This document shows, one piece after another, positions 46,984-59,949 of a stretch of 64,000 bases of DNA. The notes beneath the pieces were generated by a model that was given only the letters and a program-made list of their open reading frames with translations, searched no databases and was not told the origin of the DNA. Source of the stretch: Octopus sinensis (lineage: Eukaryota). The stretch lies in NCBI RefSeq assembly GCF_006345805.1, contig NC_043023.1:4588001-4652000 (forward strand), given 5' to 3'. The translations under genes and the position numbers were made by a program. Each line of letters opens with the position of its first letter. Positions within the stretch are counted from its first letter, which is position 1.

Positions 46984-47716
46984 CCTGTCATCCTCCCTTT
47001 CTCATTCACTCCCCCCACTCTCTCTTGCATCTACCAAACTGAAGACAAATTCTGAATTCCTGAACCTACCACAGCACAGTGTAACAAAATCTGTTTTTTT
47101 CTCTCTTTGGTCAGTAAGTTTTATTTCCTCTTTGATTCTATTTAGAAACCAAAGGAAATCGCTACTTTGCTTTTGTTAGCTAGACTTCAGTGTTTTGAAA
47201 CTGACCTAATTTTCTTTACATTTCAGACTGATTCAGTGAATTGCTGAAGCACAAATCTCATTATAGCAAATATTCTATTCAATACCACAGATTTGCTTGC
47301 TTGTCATTTGCTTGACTATAATCACTTGAGCATGTCCCTTAGTGACTGACAATATGTGCATCTCTGATCATGAGCAGGTACAGTGGGGGCACATTATAGC
47401 CATGTGTTGAAAGGGATTCTTTGGGGGTTTGAATAAATGTAACATAAGCTTCATACTTTTTAGGGGTCAGCAAATAGGGAATAACAGTTGCTACCCTGGG
47501 ACAGAAATTGTGTTATTTATGGATTTTCTATTTTTTTTCTTTCTTTATATTATAATGGTTTCTGATATTAGTACAATTAGTACAAAGTAGCAATTTTGAG
47601 GGGATAATGTTTGCTGATGTCATTGACCCCCTCTAATTACTGGTCCCTTACTTTTTTCACTCCTATTCATCTTTTTTATTTATATGTTTTTATTTTCTTT
47701 TCTTGTCTTTTAACAG

Positions 47717-49365
47717 AAAATGTCACAGAACCAGCAGAGAAAACTGGGGTCCAACAACATGATGATGGCCCCTTGTCAGAGATGAACAAAAATTCCAAAC
47801 ACAGGTCCAGTCATAATCAAAGCCCCACAACAAATGGTCCACAGGCAGATAATGTGGCCTATGCACAAATACGGCATAAGGCACCATCAGCTGAGTCAAG
47901 GGATCGCAATTCCACTGCAGAAAACAAGATCTCAGAGGATAAAGTTCCATCACGGGGCAACAACATCAATCGAGTTAGTATAACTGAAGAAGAACTTCAG
48001 GAAGAGATTCAAAAACGGCAGGAACAAAAACAAGAAAGGGAGAAACATCAGTCAAAGAATGGTTCTAATAGAGGAAGAAGTAGAGAGAGAGAGGATGGTA
48101 GGCGATATGGGGAAGATGAAGAAGATGAAGATGATTTGGAAGTCAAGCACTTCCACACACTTGCTGAAAATGGTAACTCAACCAGCATCGGCAATTCCTT
48201 TGACTTTGAAACAGGAGATGAGGAGCCACGACAGATGACCAACCCTGTTGTTAACAATACCTACATTAAAAAGTCCATGCAGGACCCCATGATGACAGCA
48301 ACAGAGAAATCACAAACAAAACCATCTGGAAGACGAGATTCACATTCACAGTTTCAAGCCGATGAGGATGATGATGATATTCACTCTCGCCCTGTCCATC
48401 CGCATTTTGGTATTCCAGACCTTGTCCAGAATTCATCGCATCAGGACCAGAGTGATCCCTATTACAGCGGATTCCCAACAGCATTCAGTGAGATAATGTC
48501 TCGAACTGTCAATCCTAATCCAAATAAATCATTTGCATATGGTTACCATTCGCATTCTGACCCACACCGTGAAGACTCGGTCAGTGGAAAAGCAGCATGG
48601 TACATGGAATCGACACCAACCAAATCTGGACCAATCAATACAACAGCGTTTTTCATGCAGACTTCGCAACCCTCACAGAGGAATGAAGACTCACCTCAAC
48701 ACACCAATACACCACCTAGTGCATTTCGGACAGTGAATGGCATGGGTGGAAATAGGCTGCCCCCAGAATACACTTCTACTCCAGCTGATCCTTATGCACC
48801 TGCTGCATCTTCTTCCCCAAAGAGTGGCCATGGCCAGAGGGGCGAAGTAGTAAAACCGAAACCAAGATCTCGAAAGAGTTTGCCAAATAGATCTGGATCA
48901 CCACCCAGGAGATTTCCATTGTCAGTCCCTGACCCCCATGCTATCGATGGAATATCAGCAATTGAACCAGGCCAACGGTCAGCAATGGTACGGTCAGGAT
49001 TTGACCCAACAACTGGCTGCCAAACATCTCAGGTGATGTGGGCTGAGAAGGTTCCAGATCCAACAGACCCTGGCCCTAGCGACAACCCCAGCATAACAAG
49101 AAAAACAATCAATAGAATTACGACACGCAGCACCTATGACCGGCTGCCAGACAACCCTTTCCCCTTGCTTGCGCAAATGCATGCTGACCCATCAGAGCCC
49201 TCATTCCTTTCCCCATCTGCCAATTTCCAAGGAGGCATCGGACTCTTGCCTCGTCCAGAGGAGATATCTTTCTACACCCAGAATGGTGGTGGTACAGCAG
49301 CCCCTGTCATACATGAAGCACCCAACCGGAACCAGTACATCAAAGACAAAATCAGTTATGCTTGA
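47717..49365 (+). CDS. Terminal coding exon D: long Ser/Pro/Asp-rich cytoplasmic region ending KISYA*
   Basis: Acceptor tcttttaacag|, phase 1 matching exon C. 1649 nt open to TGA 49363-49365. Confidence 0.9.
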
Positions 49366-49519
49366 CCAAAGCAGCAGCAACAGCTAACCACAGCAATGGT
49401 TGACCAACAATAGAGCCGTCAACATAGGCACTTGAACTGCTAGATATGACATCCAAACAACCCTCAAATTAGGACACATTGGATAATGAGGTATGGTTTA
49501 AGATACATTCCAAAGGAAA

Positions 49520-49940
49520 CGGTATGGTCACAGCTGGAATGTTTTTGATCTTAGGTCTAATGGACCGAGGGCTAAACAGTAACAACTGTAGCCACTAATA
49601 CTAACTACTGTACAGTACATTAGATAATGTAGTCCTAGATACACTCTGCCTGAATGAAAGATATAACCAGGAATAATAACAAAACCACTAATACTAACTT
49701 CTATATTATACATTTGATGATGTAGTCCTAGATATATTATGTCTAAATAAGAGGGGATGGTCACAGCTGGAACATGTTTGATCATCAGTCAATTGGACCA
49801 TGAATGACTTGGGGGTTAAACAACATCTATAACCACTTATACTAAATACTATATGATACATTTGATTACGTAGTCCAAGATATATTGTGTCTTAATAAAA
49901 GACATGATCATTGTAGCTGGAACATATTTGATCATAGGTT
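49520..49940. repeat. Degenerate interspersed/tandem repeats in the probable 3' UTR
   Basis: ccactaatactaac..gatgtagtcctagata at ~49592, 49686 and 49833; ggtcacagctggaa at ~49527, 49759 and 49913. AATAAA at 49894-49899. Confidence 0.6.
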
Positions 49941-50797
49941 TGTTGAATCGGGACTGACATGGGACTAAACAAACACAAGGTGCTAATGTTTGACCACCAG
50001 AAATACAAATATATCTTCACATTCTTACATGTAAGCTCTTTCTCTCTCCTTGGACTCCATACAAACTCTAAATTCCACTACTGACCACAACAGTAGCACC
50101 ACAATATCTAATCATAGTCTTTTCTTTGTCCCATTAATTTTTTATCTTTTACTTGTTTCAGTCACTGGGCTGTGGCCATGCTGGGGCACCACTTTGAAGA
50201 GTTGTAGTCAGACAACTCAATCCCAGTACTTAATTTTTCATTTGAAGTCTGGTACTTAATATGTCAATCTCTTTGCTAAATGTCTAAGTTATGGGGATGT
50301 AAACAAACCAACACTAGTTGTGAAGCAGTCTGATGGGACAAACACAGAAACAAACACACATACACATGGCCTAGTGGTTAGGGTGTTGCACTCAAGATTG
50401 TAAAATCGTAGTTTCCATTCCCAGACTAGGCTGTACATTGTGTTCTTGAGCAAAACACTTGACCTCACTTTACTTTGCAATCATTTCAACCTCTGACATG
50501 TAGCACACCTGTGTACCTATTTAGGTTCTGAGGATTTGATGGAGGAGGAGAGCTAATGTACAGCACAAGCTATAAGCAAATCATTTGTGCAGGTTGTTCA
50601 GTAAGATGCCGTGGAACTCTCATCCATCATCTAACAATGGCAGGATCCATAATAATAATAATAATAATATATATATATATAGTAGTAGTAACAGAAAAGA
50701 GGAATTTCGATTATCCCCACGTGGTGAGTTGTAATGTATATAAGAAATTAAAAAAGGAAAATACGCACATTTACATAGTTTTAATATAATTTTTAAT

Positions 50798-50832
50798 ATA
50801 TCAACCGGTTTCGCTATCGCTATTCATGATAT
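50798..50832 (-). ncRNA. Candidate 35-nt hammerhead with A3-U8 core swap
   Basis: Minus strand ATATC-ATGAATA-GC-GATA-GC-GAAA-CCGG-T-T-GATAT. Confidence 0.6.
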
Positions 50833-50943
50833 TATGTTTTACTTATTTGAATATATATTTTTTCTGAAGAAGAAATTTCATCACACACAACATGGAAAAA
50901 TTTCTTCTTCAGAAAAAATATATATTCAAATAAGTAAAACATA

Positions 50944-50978
50944 ATATCATGAATAGTGATAGCGAAACCGGTTGATAT
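50944..50978 (+). ncRNA. Candidate 35-nt hammerhead with A3-U8 core swap
   Basis: ATATC-ATGAATA-GT-GATA-GC-GAAA-CCGG-T-T-GATAT. Confidence 0.55.
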
Positions 50979-53059
50979 ATTAAAAATTATATTAAAACTA
51001 TGTAAGTGTGCATATTTTCCTTTTTTAATTTCTTATATATGTAGATATATTAATTGAAGCATACAGTATTATATATCCATTATGGCTCTTACCAATTGGT
51101 TTCACACTAGGGGCCCAATGGAGTGTAAGGTCTGATTATTTACTCTGTGCTCATGTGAGGTAGCCATTTTGGAATGAAATATGGCAACTGTTCTCTATCT
51201 ACATGCGTGCATGCATGTGTGTGTGTGTGTGCGTATGTATATATATATATATAAAAGACAACTACAATTGTATGGAGCACCTAGGATTACTATATATATA
51301 GTAATAGTATAGCATGGAAGGTGGATGTTAAATGATAATGATGATTATATATATATATATAAATATGATTTTTTCTGTTTGGTTGCCAGCAGCTCCAAAA
51401 ATTCAAGTTTACCAAAAATTTTTTAATTTGGCACAATAATACTCTTGCCCAAACTGAGTTGCTGGAGTTATTTAATTTTTTCCAGAAAAATGTTTTTAAA
51501 AAGTCATAGAGGTGTAGCGGCACAAGCAGTCACTGCCATATTGGATGAGATCTTGCGGCAGCCATTGCCATCTCCAAGACTGGGACAAGACCTCACCTTC
51601 ATTCATTTGCCATGTACAAAATCACAATGAGGCTTGCGATAGCAAGCTGTATATAAGGGCAAAACAGATTGAGATTCTTTCTCTCTTTTGTTGCCTCTCC
51701 TTTCCGCCTCTTAGCAGCAGCACTTGCTGAGCACACTCCATTGGCAGGGCCTGTCTGTATGTTGTACCTCCTGAGGCAATGTGTCCGCACTAACGGAGCT
51801 ACTATACAACACACACAGCTAAAGATGGTTGCTGAGAGCAGCACACTTCACCTATCCTGTGAAACCTGTAAATAAAGCAGTTGTAAATTGCATTTGTACT
51901 TTAAGTCATCTCTCTTCGCCTGCCAGAAGCCTGAACTACACGAAGAACAAAAAGAGATAATGGAAGAAGGTGATATTCTCCCAATATTGTAAACCTTGCC
52001 ATCCATTATAGAAGTTTAAAGTTTGATCATTTTCACCCAGTCAGGAAACAGGATTTGGAAGCTGTCATTTTGTGCATGACTGCACATTTTGTTGTCAACA
52101 TCCTGAAAATAGCACATGTTGTCAATATTTGTAAACAGCACGTGTTATGTCTCTGGTAATTTTCTTTCATGTAAATAAAGGTTTATGTTAATTTCAAAGA
52201 GAAAACCAGTTAGTTTTAAATCTCTGGGCAAGATGTTGGCAAACAAACTTTAATTTAAAAGATTTATCAGAAAAATTTTATTTAGCTGTTATTTTCAGCA
52301 CATCTCACAACCACCTCAATGCTCAATGACAAAAAGAAATGAATAAACAACACTGATGTCAACACATGCTTCCTTTCAGACTTTTCAAAGACTGTTACTA
52401 TGGCAACATGCAAAAGAGTTCTCATGTTACTATCGAAACAGACATGGCTTACGATTGGCTAAAATTACCAAAATTTTCAAACTTTAATTACTAATAACTC
52501 TTTATTATTGATTTATAACGAAAATTACTTTCACATCATTAATTAGCCTATAAAAGTGTATCATTACACTGAATATAAAATCAATTCAAACAGAAAATTG
52601 TTACTGGCAGCCACTGGCAACCAAACAGAAAAGATCCATATATATATATATATATATATAACAAATTTATAATAAAGGAGAACAGAGCTTTATATCCAAT
52701 TTTATTCAGCAGTGAATTACTTCTTTTCGTTTCTGCAGCAGCTAATGCACACCTATTATTAATTGTCACATTTTCAGGGTGGAGTCAACTACATTGTTCA
52801 GATAGAATCTAAATTAAATACAAGTCAGGCCAAAATAGAAATACACATAGTGATGTCTAAAAACAAATTGCCTAACTGTCCAAGGAATTTTGGCAGTCTG
52901 TGGACAGAGACCGGCCTTAAATGATGAGTAGTAGTGTTAATGCTTAGTATCAGGTTACCTTAAATATGTTTTTTACTGTTATTACAATCCCTCTCCTTAG
53001 TATTGCTACTTCTATTATTATTATTATTATTGTTGTTGTTAATATTGTTAGTAATGAGC

Positions 53060-53410
53060 TAGGAGTGGCTCTGTGGTAAGTAGCTTGTTTACCAGCCACA
53101 CGGTTCCGGGTTCAGTCCCACTGCATGACACCTTGGGCAAGTGTCTTCTACTATTGCCTTGGGCCAACCAAAGCCTTGACGGAAACTGAAAGAAGCCCGT
53201 CGTATGTATGTGTGTGTTTGTGTGTCTGTGTTTGTCCCCCCAACATTACTTGACAACCAATGTTGGTGTGTTTACGTCCCCGTAACTTAGCAGTTCAGCA
53301 AATGAGACTGATAGAATATGTACTAGGCTTACAAAGAATAAGTCCTGGTGGCGATTTGCTTGACTAAAGGCAGTGATCCAGCATGACCACTGAAACAAGT
53401 AAAAGAGTAT
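53060..53410 (+). mobile_element. tRNA-derived cephalopod SINE, near full length
   Basis: ggagtggctctgtggtaagtagcttg head to the gaaacaagtaaaagagta tail. Confidence 0.85.
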
Positions 53411-53909
53411 ATTATCAATTTTATTCCCAAATTGGGATCTGTACTATAATGGAGATAGCTGCTTATTAATTAGGTATGTAACAATTACTAAAAGTACTAA
53501 AAGAAACCGATATTAAAAGCTTGACCGTTTGGAAATATTTTTATAAATTCATGTTCTGAGAAATTGTCTATAATTTTCTCGACTAAAGGCGGTGCTCCAG
53601 AATGGCCGCAGTCAAATGACTGAAACAAGTAAAAGAGTATGCCGGTATAATTTTAAAGTGATTTTGTATTGAATGAATGCATGCTATTACACAAAATAGC
53701 TATATAACTTTGTTACGAGGTACACTTATCAATTTCCGGAGTTTGTTAAATGAATATTTTTGATAAAATGAAAATTCTTCAATATACTGGTATAATTTTT
53801 TTTTTAAATGAAGAAATGTTGGCATGGCTACTTGGAATGCTATAAACCTTACAATAATAACTATGTGATTGCACGCTAAACAAGATAGTTTTTAACATGC
53901 TTTCATTTG

Positions 53910-53943
<34 letters not shown>

Positions 53944-54864
53944 ATAATAAGCGACTGAAAAAGAAAATTTAGCAGCAAAGACACAACAGCAGAAAGAAAG
54001 ACAGGCAACTAAATCAGAGAAAAGCAGGGCAAAGCGACTGAAACAGATGCCTGAATATGCACAGAGACACAGACATGATTCTGTTTCTGCTGCACACGAC
54101 TGACTGGTTAGGGTATCTCATCTTCATCTGTCTTTACATTCTGAGTTCAAATTCTGACAAGGTCGACTTTGCCTTTCTTCCTTTCATGGTCAATAAAATA
54201 AGTACCAATTGAGCTCTGAGGTCGATATATTCAGCTTACCCACTGCTCCGAAATTTCTGGCCTTGTACCAAAATTCGAAACCATTATTGTTATTATCAAC
54301 ATATGCATATCTTAATTTTTATTTTTTTTTAAATATCAAATTATTTTCTTCGTCTTTCTTCAACATCATTTTTTACATTTTTATCTAATTTTTTTATACA
54401 TAAATAAAAATATATTTAGATATTTTTGGAAATAAAAGTAAAAATTAGATTTTTGTTTTCTCTTGGTGGTGGAAGTGATGTGTTACTTGGTTCACATGAA
54501 TATTGCTGGGATACAGTTTTTGTGATGGTTGCTGGTTGAATTTGCCAAAGGCTCCGTGTTATAATTTGACAACAAGAAAATATTTAAACATGATTTATTA
54601 ACACCTAAAACCAAGGTGTTGCATAAAAAGCATTGGTGTGGGTGATGGCGCCACATCAAAAGCACCCAGTATACTCTGTAAAGTGGTTGGCATTAGGAAG
54701 GGCATCCAGCTGAAGGAACCAAACCAAAACAGACTATGGGACCTGGTAAGGACCCTGGCCTTACCAGGTCCTGTTAAGTCATCCAACCCATGTCAGCATG
54801 GAAAATAGACAGGAAAATTACTATTTTTAAATCTCACAACAAGAGATATCCAGCAACAGTACTT

Positions 54865-55124
54865 TGTAGTAAAGATTGTTTGCCAATATAACATGGCAGT
54901 CCTGGTTTAGGACGAATGTTGCTGTAATTTAGCCCCAGGAGACATCGTCTCCAGCTGGCTGTACAACATGATCTGTGTCCTTATATTTTCCCTTGTTCGA
55001 AAATATAAGGACACAGATCATGTTGCATAGCTAACTGGAGACGATGTCTCGTGGGTCTAAATTACAGCAACATTCGTCCTAAACCAGGACTGCCATGTTA
55101 TGTTGGCAAACAATCTTTACTACA
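54865..55124. repeat. Near-perfect fold-back, 126-bp arms, 8-nt loop
   Basis: 54865-54990 is the reverse complement of 54999-55124 with few mismatches. Confidence 0.92.
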
Positions 55125-55559
55125 TGTAAAATGGACATTGAATGTTTTTGTTGTTCTTGTTGATGTTGATGACAACGATAATGCACAAGTCATATGAAGT
55201 TGGTGATGCTTTACAAATCTACACACAGAGCGTGCAAGATGAAAGAAATATAATGCAACATATTAAGTAACTGAACATCCAAATTGACCCCTGGGGCTGG
55301 ATTAAACACAAGGAATCTATGTATCCATGTGCTGCTGCTTGTCAGCCACTATGGTTACACGTCAGTTTAAGCATGCAGTCATTATAACAACTACAAAAGA
55401 GAGTGCATTTCAAACTACCACCAAGAACACTGCAATTTGGTGCCGAAAAGGACTTTATAACCCTTGAAGGGAAATGTTTTAGAGCCTTCCAGAATCATCT
55501 TTCACACGATGTATGGTTTCTGATTGATCAACAACTTAGCTGCTCACATGATCAAGCTA

Positions 55560-57960
55560 TGTGGGGAAGAATCTTCTTAATGTGGACCCAACAGAGAGAC
55601 CAGCTATCAGAGTTGATAGTATCATGATTGAGAAGATAATTAAGTATATGAAGACTGGAAAAGCCATCAGGAATTACCACCGTGATGCTTAAAATATCTG
55701 GTGGAATGGGATACGGCCTAGTCACCCATATCTAGTTGTATTTTCCATGCTGAAGTTATACCAAATGAGTGCCATAGTTAAATATTGCAAAAATAAAGGT
55801 GCCTTAAGACAAAATTACAGAAGTATCAAATTATTGGACCAGGTCATGAAAATACAGAAAGGGTCATTGCATAATTAATTAGGAAGAGAGTTAACCCAGA
55901 TGAGATGAAGTCTGGTTTTATGCCAGGGAAAAGCACGACAGATGCTATCTTCCGAGTAAGACAGTTGCTAGAGAAGCATTTAACAAAATACAAATTGCTG
56001 TACTTGGCATTTATTAACAAGGATAAAGCCTATGTCCCTAACTTCCTCATCTGGTGATTGTTGCAGAACCTACGGGTAGATGAGTGGCTTGTGTGAGCTG
56101 TTTAAACTATGTACAAGGATGCTGTCAGTAAGGTAAAAGTTGACAATGAGTATAACAACAAATTCAAATTGCAGGGAGGTGTTCATCAAGGATTGTTCTC
56201 AACCCTGTCTTGTTAATCACTGTCCCCCAGGCCATAACAGAGGAATTCAAGACTGATTGCTCTTGGGAGCTCCTATTCATTGATGACCTTGTTCTCATAA
56301 CTGAATCTCTACCAGAATTAAAGAAAAAATTTCAAGGGTGTGAAAGCAAGGACTTGGGATCCAAGAGCCTTAGAGTTGATTTAGTAAAGACCATAGTACT
56401 AGTAAATAGGAAAACAGACAAATTACTAATCCCTTCAGGGAAATGGTACTGTAGAAAATGTGTATGTAGAAATTCTATATGGTGTACTCTGTGTAAGCTA
56501 TAAACATATAAGAAGTGCAGTGGAAGGTTAGCAGAGAAAGTAGTCTTCGTGTGTGGCAGATGTACAGGTACAATAAACACCAGGAATGTACAGGAAATAG
56601 ATCTCCTCAAATGTCCTGGGGTTCCTTGGAGGTAGTAGATAGTTTTTGTTACCTAGGTGACCTAATTAGTAGTGGAGGAGTTTGCTCTGAAAGCATGTTT
56701 GCTAGAATAAGAACCACTAAGGCAAAGTTCAAAGAGCTGCTATCATTGTTGGTTACAAAGGGCCTCTCCCACGGCTATGCTATAAGGCAGTGAAACACAT
56801 GTTGTGACTGCAGAGGACATGTAAAAGCCTGAAAGAAATGAAGTCAGCATGCTCCACTAAATGTGCCGTGTATTCATGTAGGACAAAGTGTAAATGTTTT
56901 GTGAGAAAAATTGGGTATAAGAGGCATCAGAAGTAGTGTGCAAGAGAAAAGACTGTGCTGATATGGTTATGTGATGCATGTGGAAGAGGACAGCTGCATA
57001 AAGAAGTGCCAATCCCTAAATGTGGAGGGAACATGTGGAAGAAGTAGACCCAGGAAGATACAAGAGCGGTGAAACGATCCTCAGATGTTGAGCCTCACAG
57101 AGATGACAAAGGACAAGACAATTGAGGAATTGCTGTACTTGAGACGACCCACCCAGGTAAATTAAATCAAGGACATAGAGGCATATATCCTTGACCCCAT
57201 CTCCCACCACAAACCATCTTCCCTCCACCTCCTACTATGCTCTCCATTACGAATTTAGTGTACAGGTAGTTCACCAAGGATTGATTCTCACCCCCCCCCC
57301 CACTTCTTGTTTATCATTTCCCTTTAGGCCATAACAAAGGAATTTAAAATTGGTTGCCCCTAGGAGCAACTCTACACTGGTGACCTGGTTCTTTTGCTGA
57401 ATCTCTAGCAGAATTTGATCACTACATGTGATGCCTTTTCTACCCAAGTGTTCTGAATCATGTCCCTATTAGATCCCTTCCCCACAACATAATCCTCCTA
57501 ATATCCCCTCCCTCTACCAGTGCCCACTCATTACATCACCGCCCCCCTCCACACACACACACACTTCTAGCTCCTATGTTCCTTTCTTGTGAACTCATCC
57601 ACCCATCCACTCACCTTCTCCAGGCCCCTGTCCCCACCCTGTTACATCTTCACCATTTCCTCTCCTCCCTCTCTCTCTCTTCTCTCCATCTGTTCTGTTC
57701 CTCAATACCACTCCCCTTCCTTTGATGGGGTTTGTCCTGCAAGTTACCCAGTGACTTTATCGGAGCTGATGTCACATAAAAAGCACCCAGTACATTCTGT
57801 AAAGTGGTTGGTGCTAGGAAGGACATCAAACTGTAGGGATCATGCCAAAGATGATACTTGGAGCTTGATGCAGTCTTCTGACTTGCCAGTGTTCATGTCA
57901 AAGCCATCCAACCCATGCCAACATGGAAAATAGGCATAAAAATGACGATGATGATGATGA
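55560..57960 (+). mobile_element. Degenerate RTE LINE (RT to 3' tail)
   Basis: GFMPGKSTTDAIF (~55915), GVHQG and WELLFIDDLVL (56210-56503), EVVDSFCYLGDLIS. The (GAT)n tail is at ~57945. Confidence 0.85.
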
Positions 57961-59288
57961 TGATATTTTCAGCAGCTGCTGCTGTTGCTGGGAGGATTTT
58001 CATTTCCTTCCAATATATATTGCATTTTTCAATACAGCACATCCATATAAGAGATGTTTTCTTTGGATGAATACTGCAGTAAATTTGCCTTTCAACCATG
58101 TATTTACATTTAGTATAATACAGAGAAGGCTGTTTTAATGCTTCAATATGTATTCAGCTAACCCATGCTAGCATAGGAAAACACACAGGAACACCAACTG
58201 TACTAACCCATGCCCCCCCCCCCACTCCACCCTGTGCCAAGCTTCCATTTTCCTCAACAATCTTTATACAAACACAAACACACAGTTTCTTAAATACAGT
58301 CATCTCCACTACCATCAACAGCACCACTGCCAGCAACACCATCATCACTACCACCACAACCACTACCATCAGCACCACCACCACCATGCCCACTACCACT
58401 GTCACCCACCCCTGCTGCTATCACCCCCACTACCCCCATCACTACATCAACCACCATCACAACTAAAACTATAAACCACCACCAAATTACACTATGTCTA
58501 CTGCTGCTACTATGGCAATATTGAGATAAACTGAGGTCAGCAGAGGTCACAACAAGGTCAAGATGTCAGCTCAAGTACTTCAGTGTTTGATTATAGTGTA
58601 ATAGCAACCTCTCTTCTAACAATCTTCACAGTTGTCTTGATAGACTCACAGACAGACATATTCTACTTTTTACTTGTTTCTGTCATTGGACTGGGGCATT
58701 GAAGAATTTTTAGTCAAATGAATCAACCCTATTAAACCTGATACACATTTTATCAATGCCATCAGCCAAACTGCTAAGTTAGTGCAATGTAAACAAACCA
58801 ACACCACTTGTCAAGCATTGAAGAGGAAAACAAATACAGACACAAGGACACACACACACACACACACACACCACACATACATACACATGTATAGGCACAG
58901 GCATGGCTGTGTGATAAGAAGCTTGCTTCCCAACCACATGGTTCTGGGTTTAGTCCCACTGTGTGCAATCTCGGGCAACTGTCTTCTACTATAGCCTCAG
59001 ACTGACCAAAGTTTTGTGAGGAGATTTCATAGACAGAAACTGAAAGAAGCACACTGTGTAAATATATATATATAATACAATGTACATTTAAACACATTAA
59101 GAGGTATCCATCATAGGACTCCCTTACGCAAGAAGGAACAGCTAAAGTCCAAACCACTAATTAGGGATGAAAAATAAAAACATTTACCATCTATTTCCTG
59201 GACCATGGTTTGACTTTTTTTAGCAAATAAAATAATTTGCCAGGTGAAGTCTTCATCAACAGGTATGCCAAGATTAAACATATAAGTA

Positions 59289-59511
59289 CGAGGTGAATCC
59301 AGCATGTGCCTCTTACTTATCTTTATTACCCTGATATTATTAATTATGTATTACTCTGATATTATTAATTATGTATAATGATTTCTGGAAAATAGTTCAA
59401 AGAAATTACCGGCATTTTTTTTTTTTTTGCTGTCGATAAAAAACTGCGCTTGCGTGGTGGATTTGAAAAATTATAATATATATGCAAGAGGCACATGCTG
59501 GATTTGCCTCT
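59289..59511. mobile_element. Tc1/mariner-type MITE
   Basis: 26-bp TIR CGAGGTGAATCCAGCATGTGCCTCTT / AAGAGGCACATGCTGGATTTGCCTCT (23/26), with TA on both sides. Confidence 0.8.
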
Positions 59512-59949
59512 TATTTCTGTTGTATTTGAAATAATTGAATAATTTATATCCTAATGTGAACAACATTTCACATCTGCAACTTTCCATCTTTACAGCCACA
59601 ATAGTGGAAAGGTGTGTCAGTGTGTGTTGACTGACATAACGAACAGCTAGAGGTGAAAGTCTTGACAAAAAAATGAGGTGGCAGGTTCAAGGTTATATAA
59701 AAATACACATTTACCATTCAATTACCAATTAATAATTATTGCAGCAGTTACAAAGTTGCAAGGTATTTACCATTAAATTAGCAGTTCATACATGTGCTTT
59801 TATTTGGTTAATTTGCTTATATTTGGTTAATTTGCTTATATTTGGTTAATTTGTACTGCATACAAAAATAAAAACATGCTACACACATACAACTGCTTAC
59901 AATAATAGAGATTACTGTAGAATTTCTTCTATGTTCATAATTTTTGGCT

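Larger units (their letters stand above)
50737..51039. repeat. Fold-back element (~140-bp arms) with a variant hammerhead in each arm
   Basis: 50737-50878 is inverted at 50897-51039. Same family as 30110-30368. Confidence 0.88.

Noticed and set aside
51540-52000. Possible Mutator-like transposase remnant on the minus strand
   Set aside because: Only a vague resemblance in one broken frame; it cannot be supported by eye.
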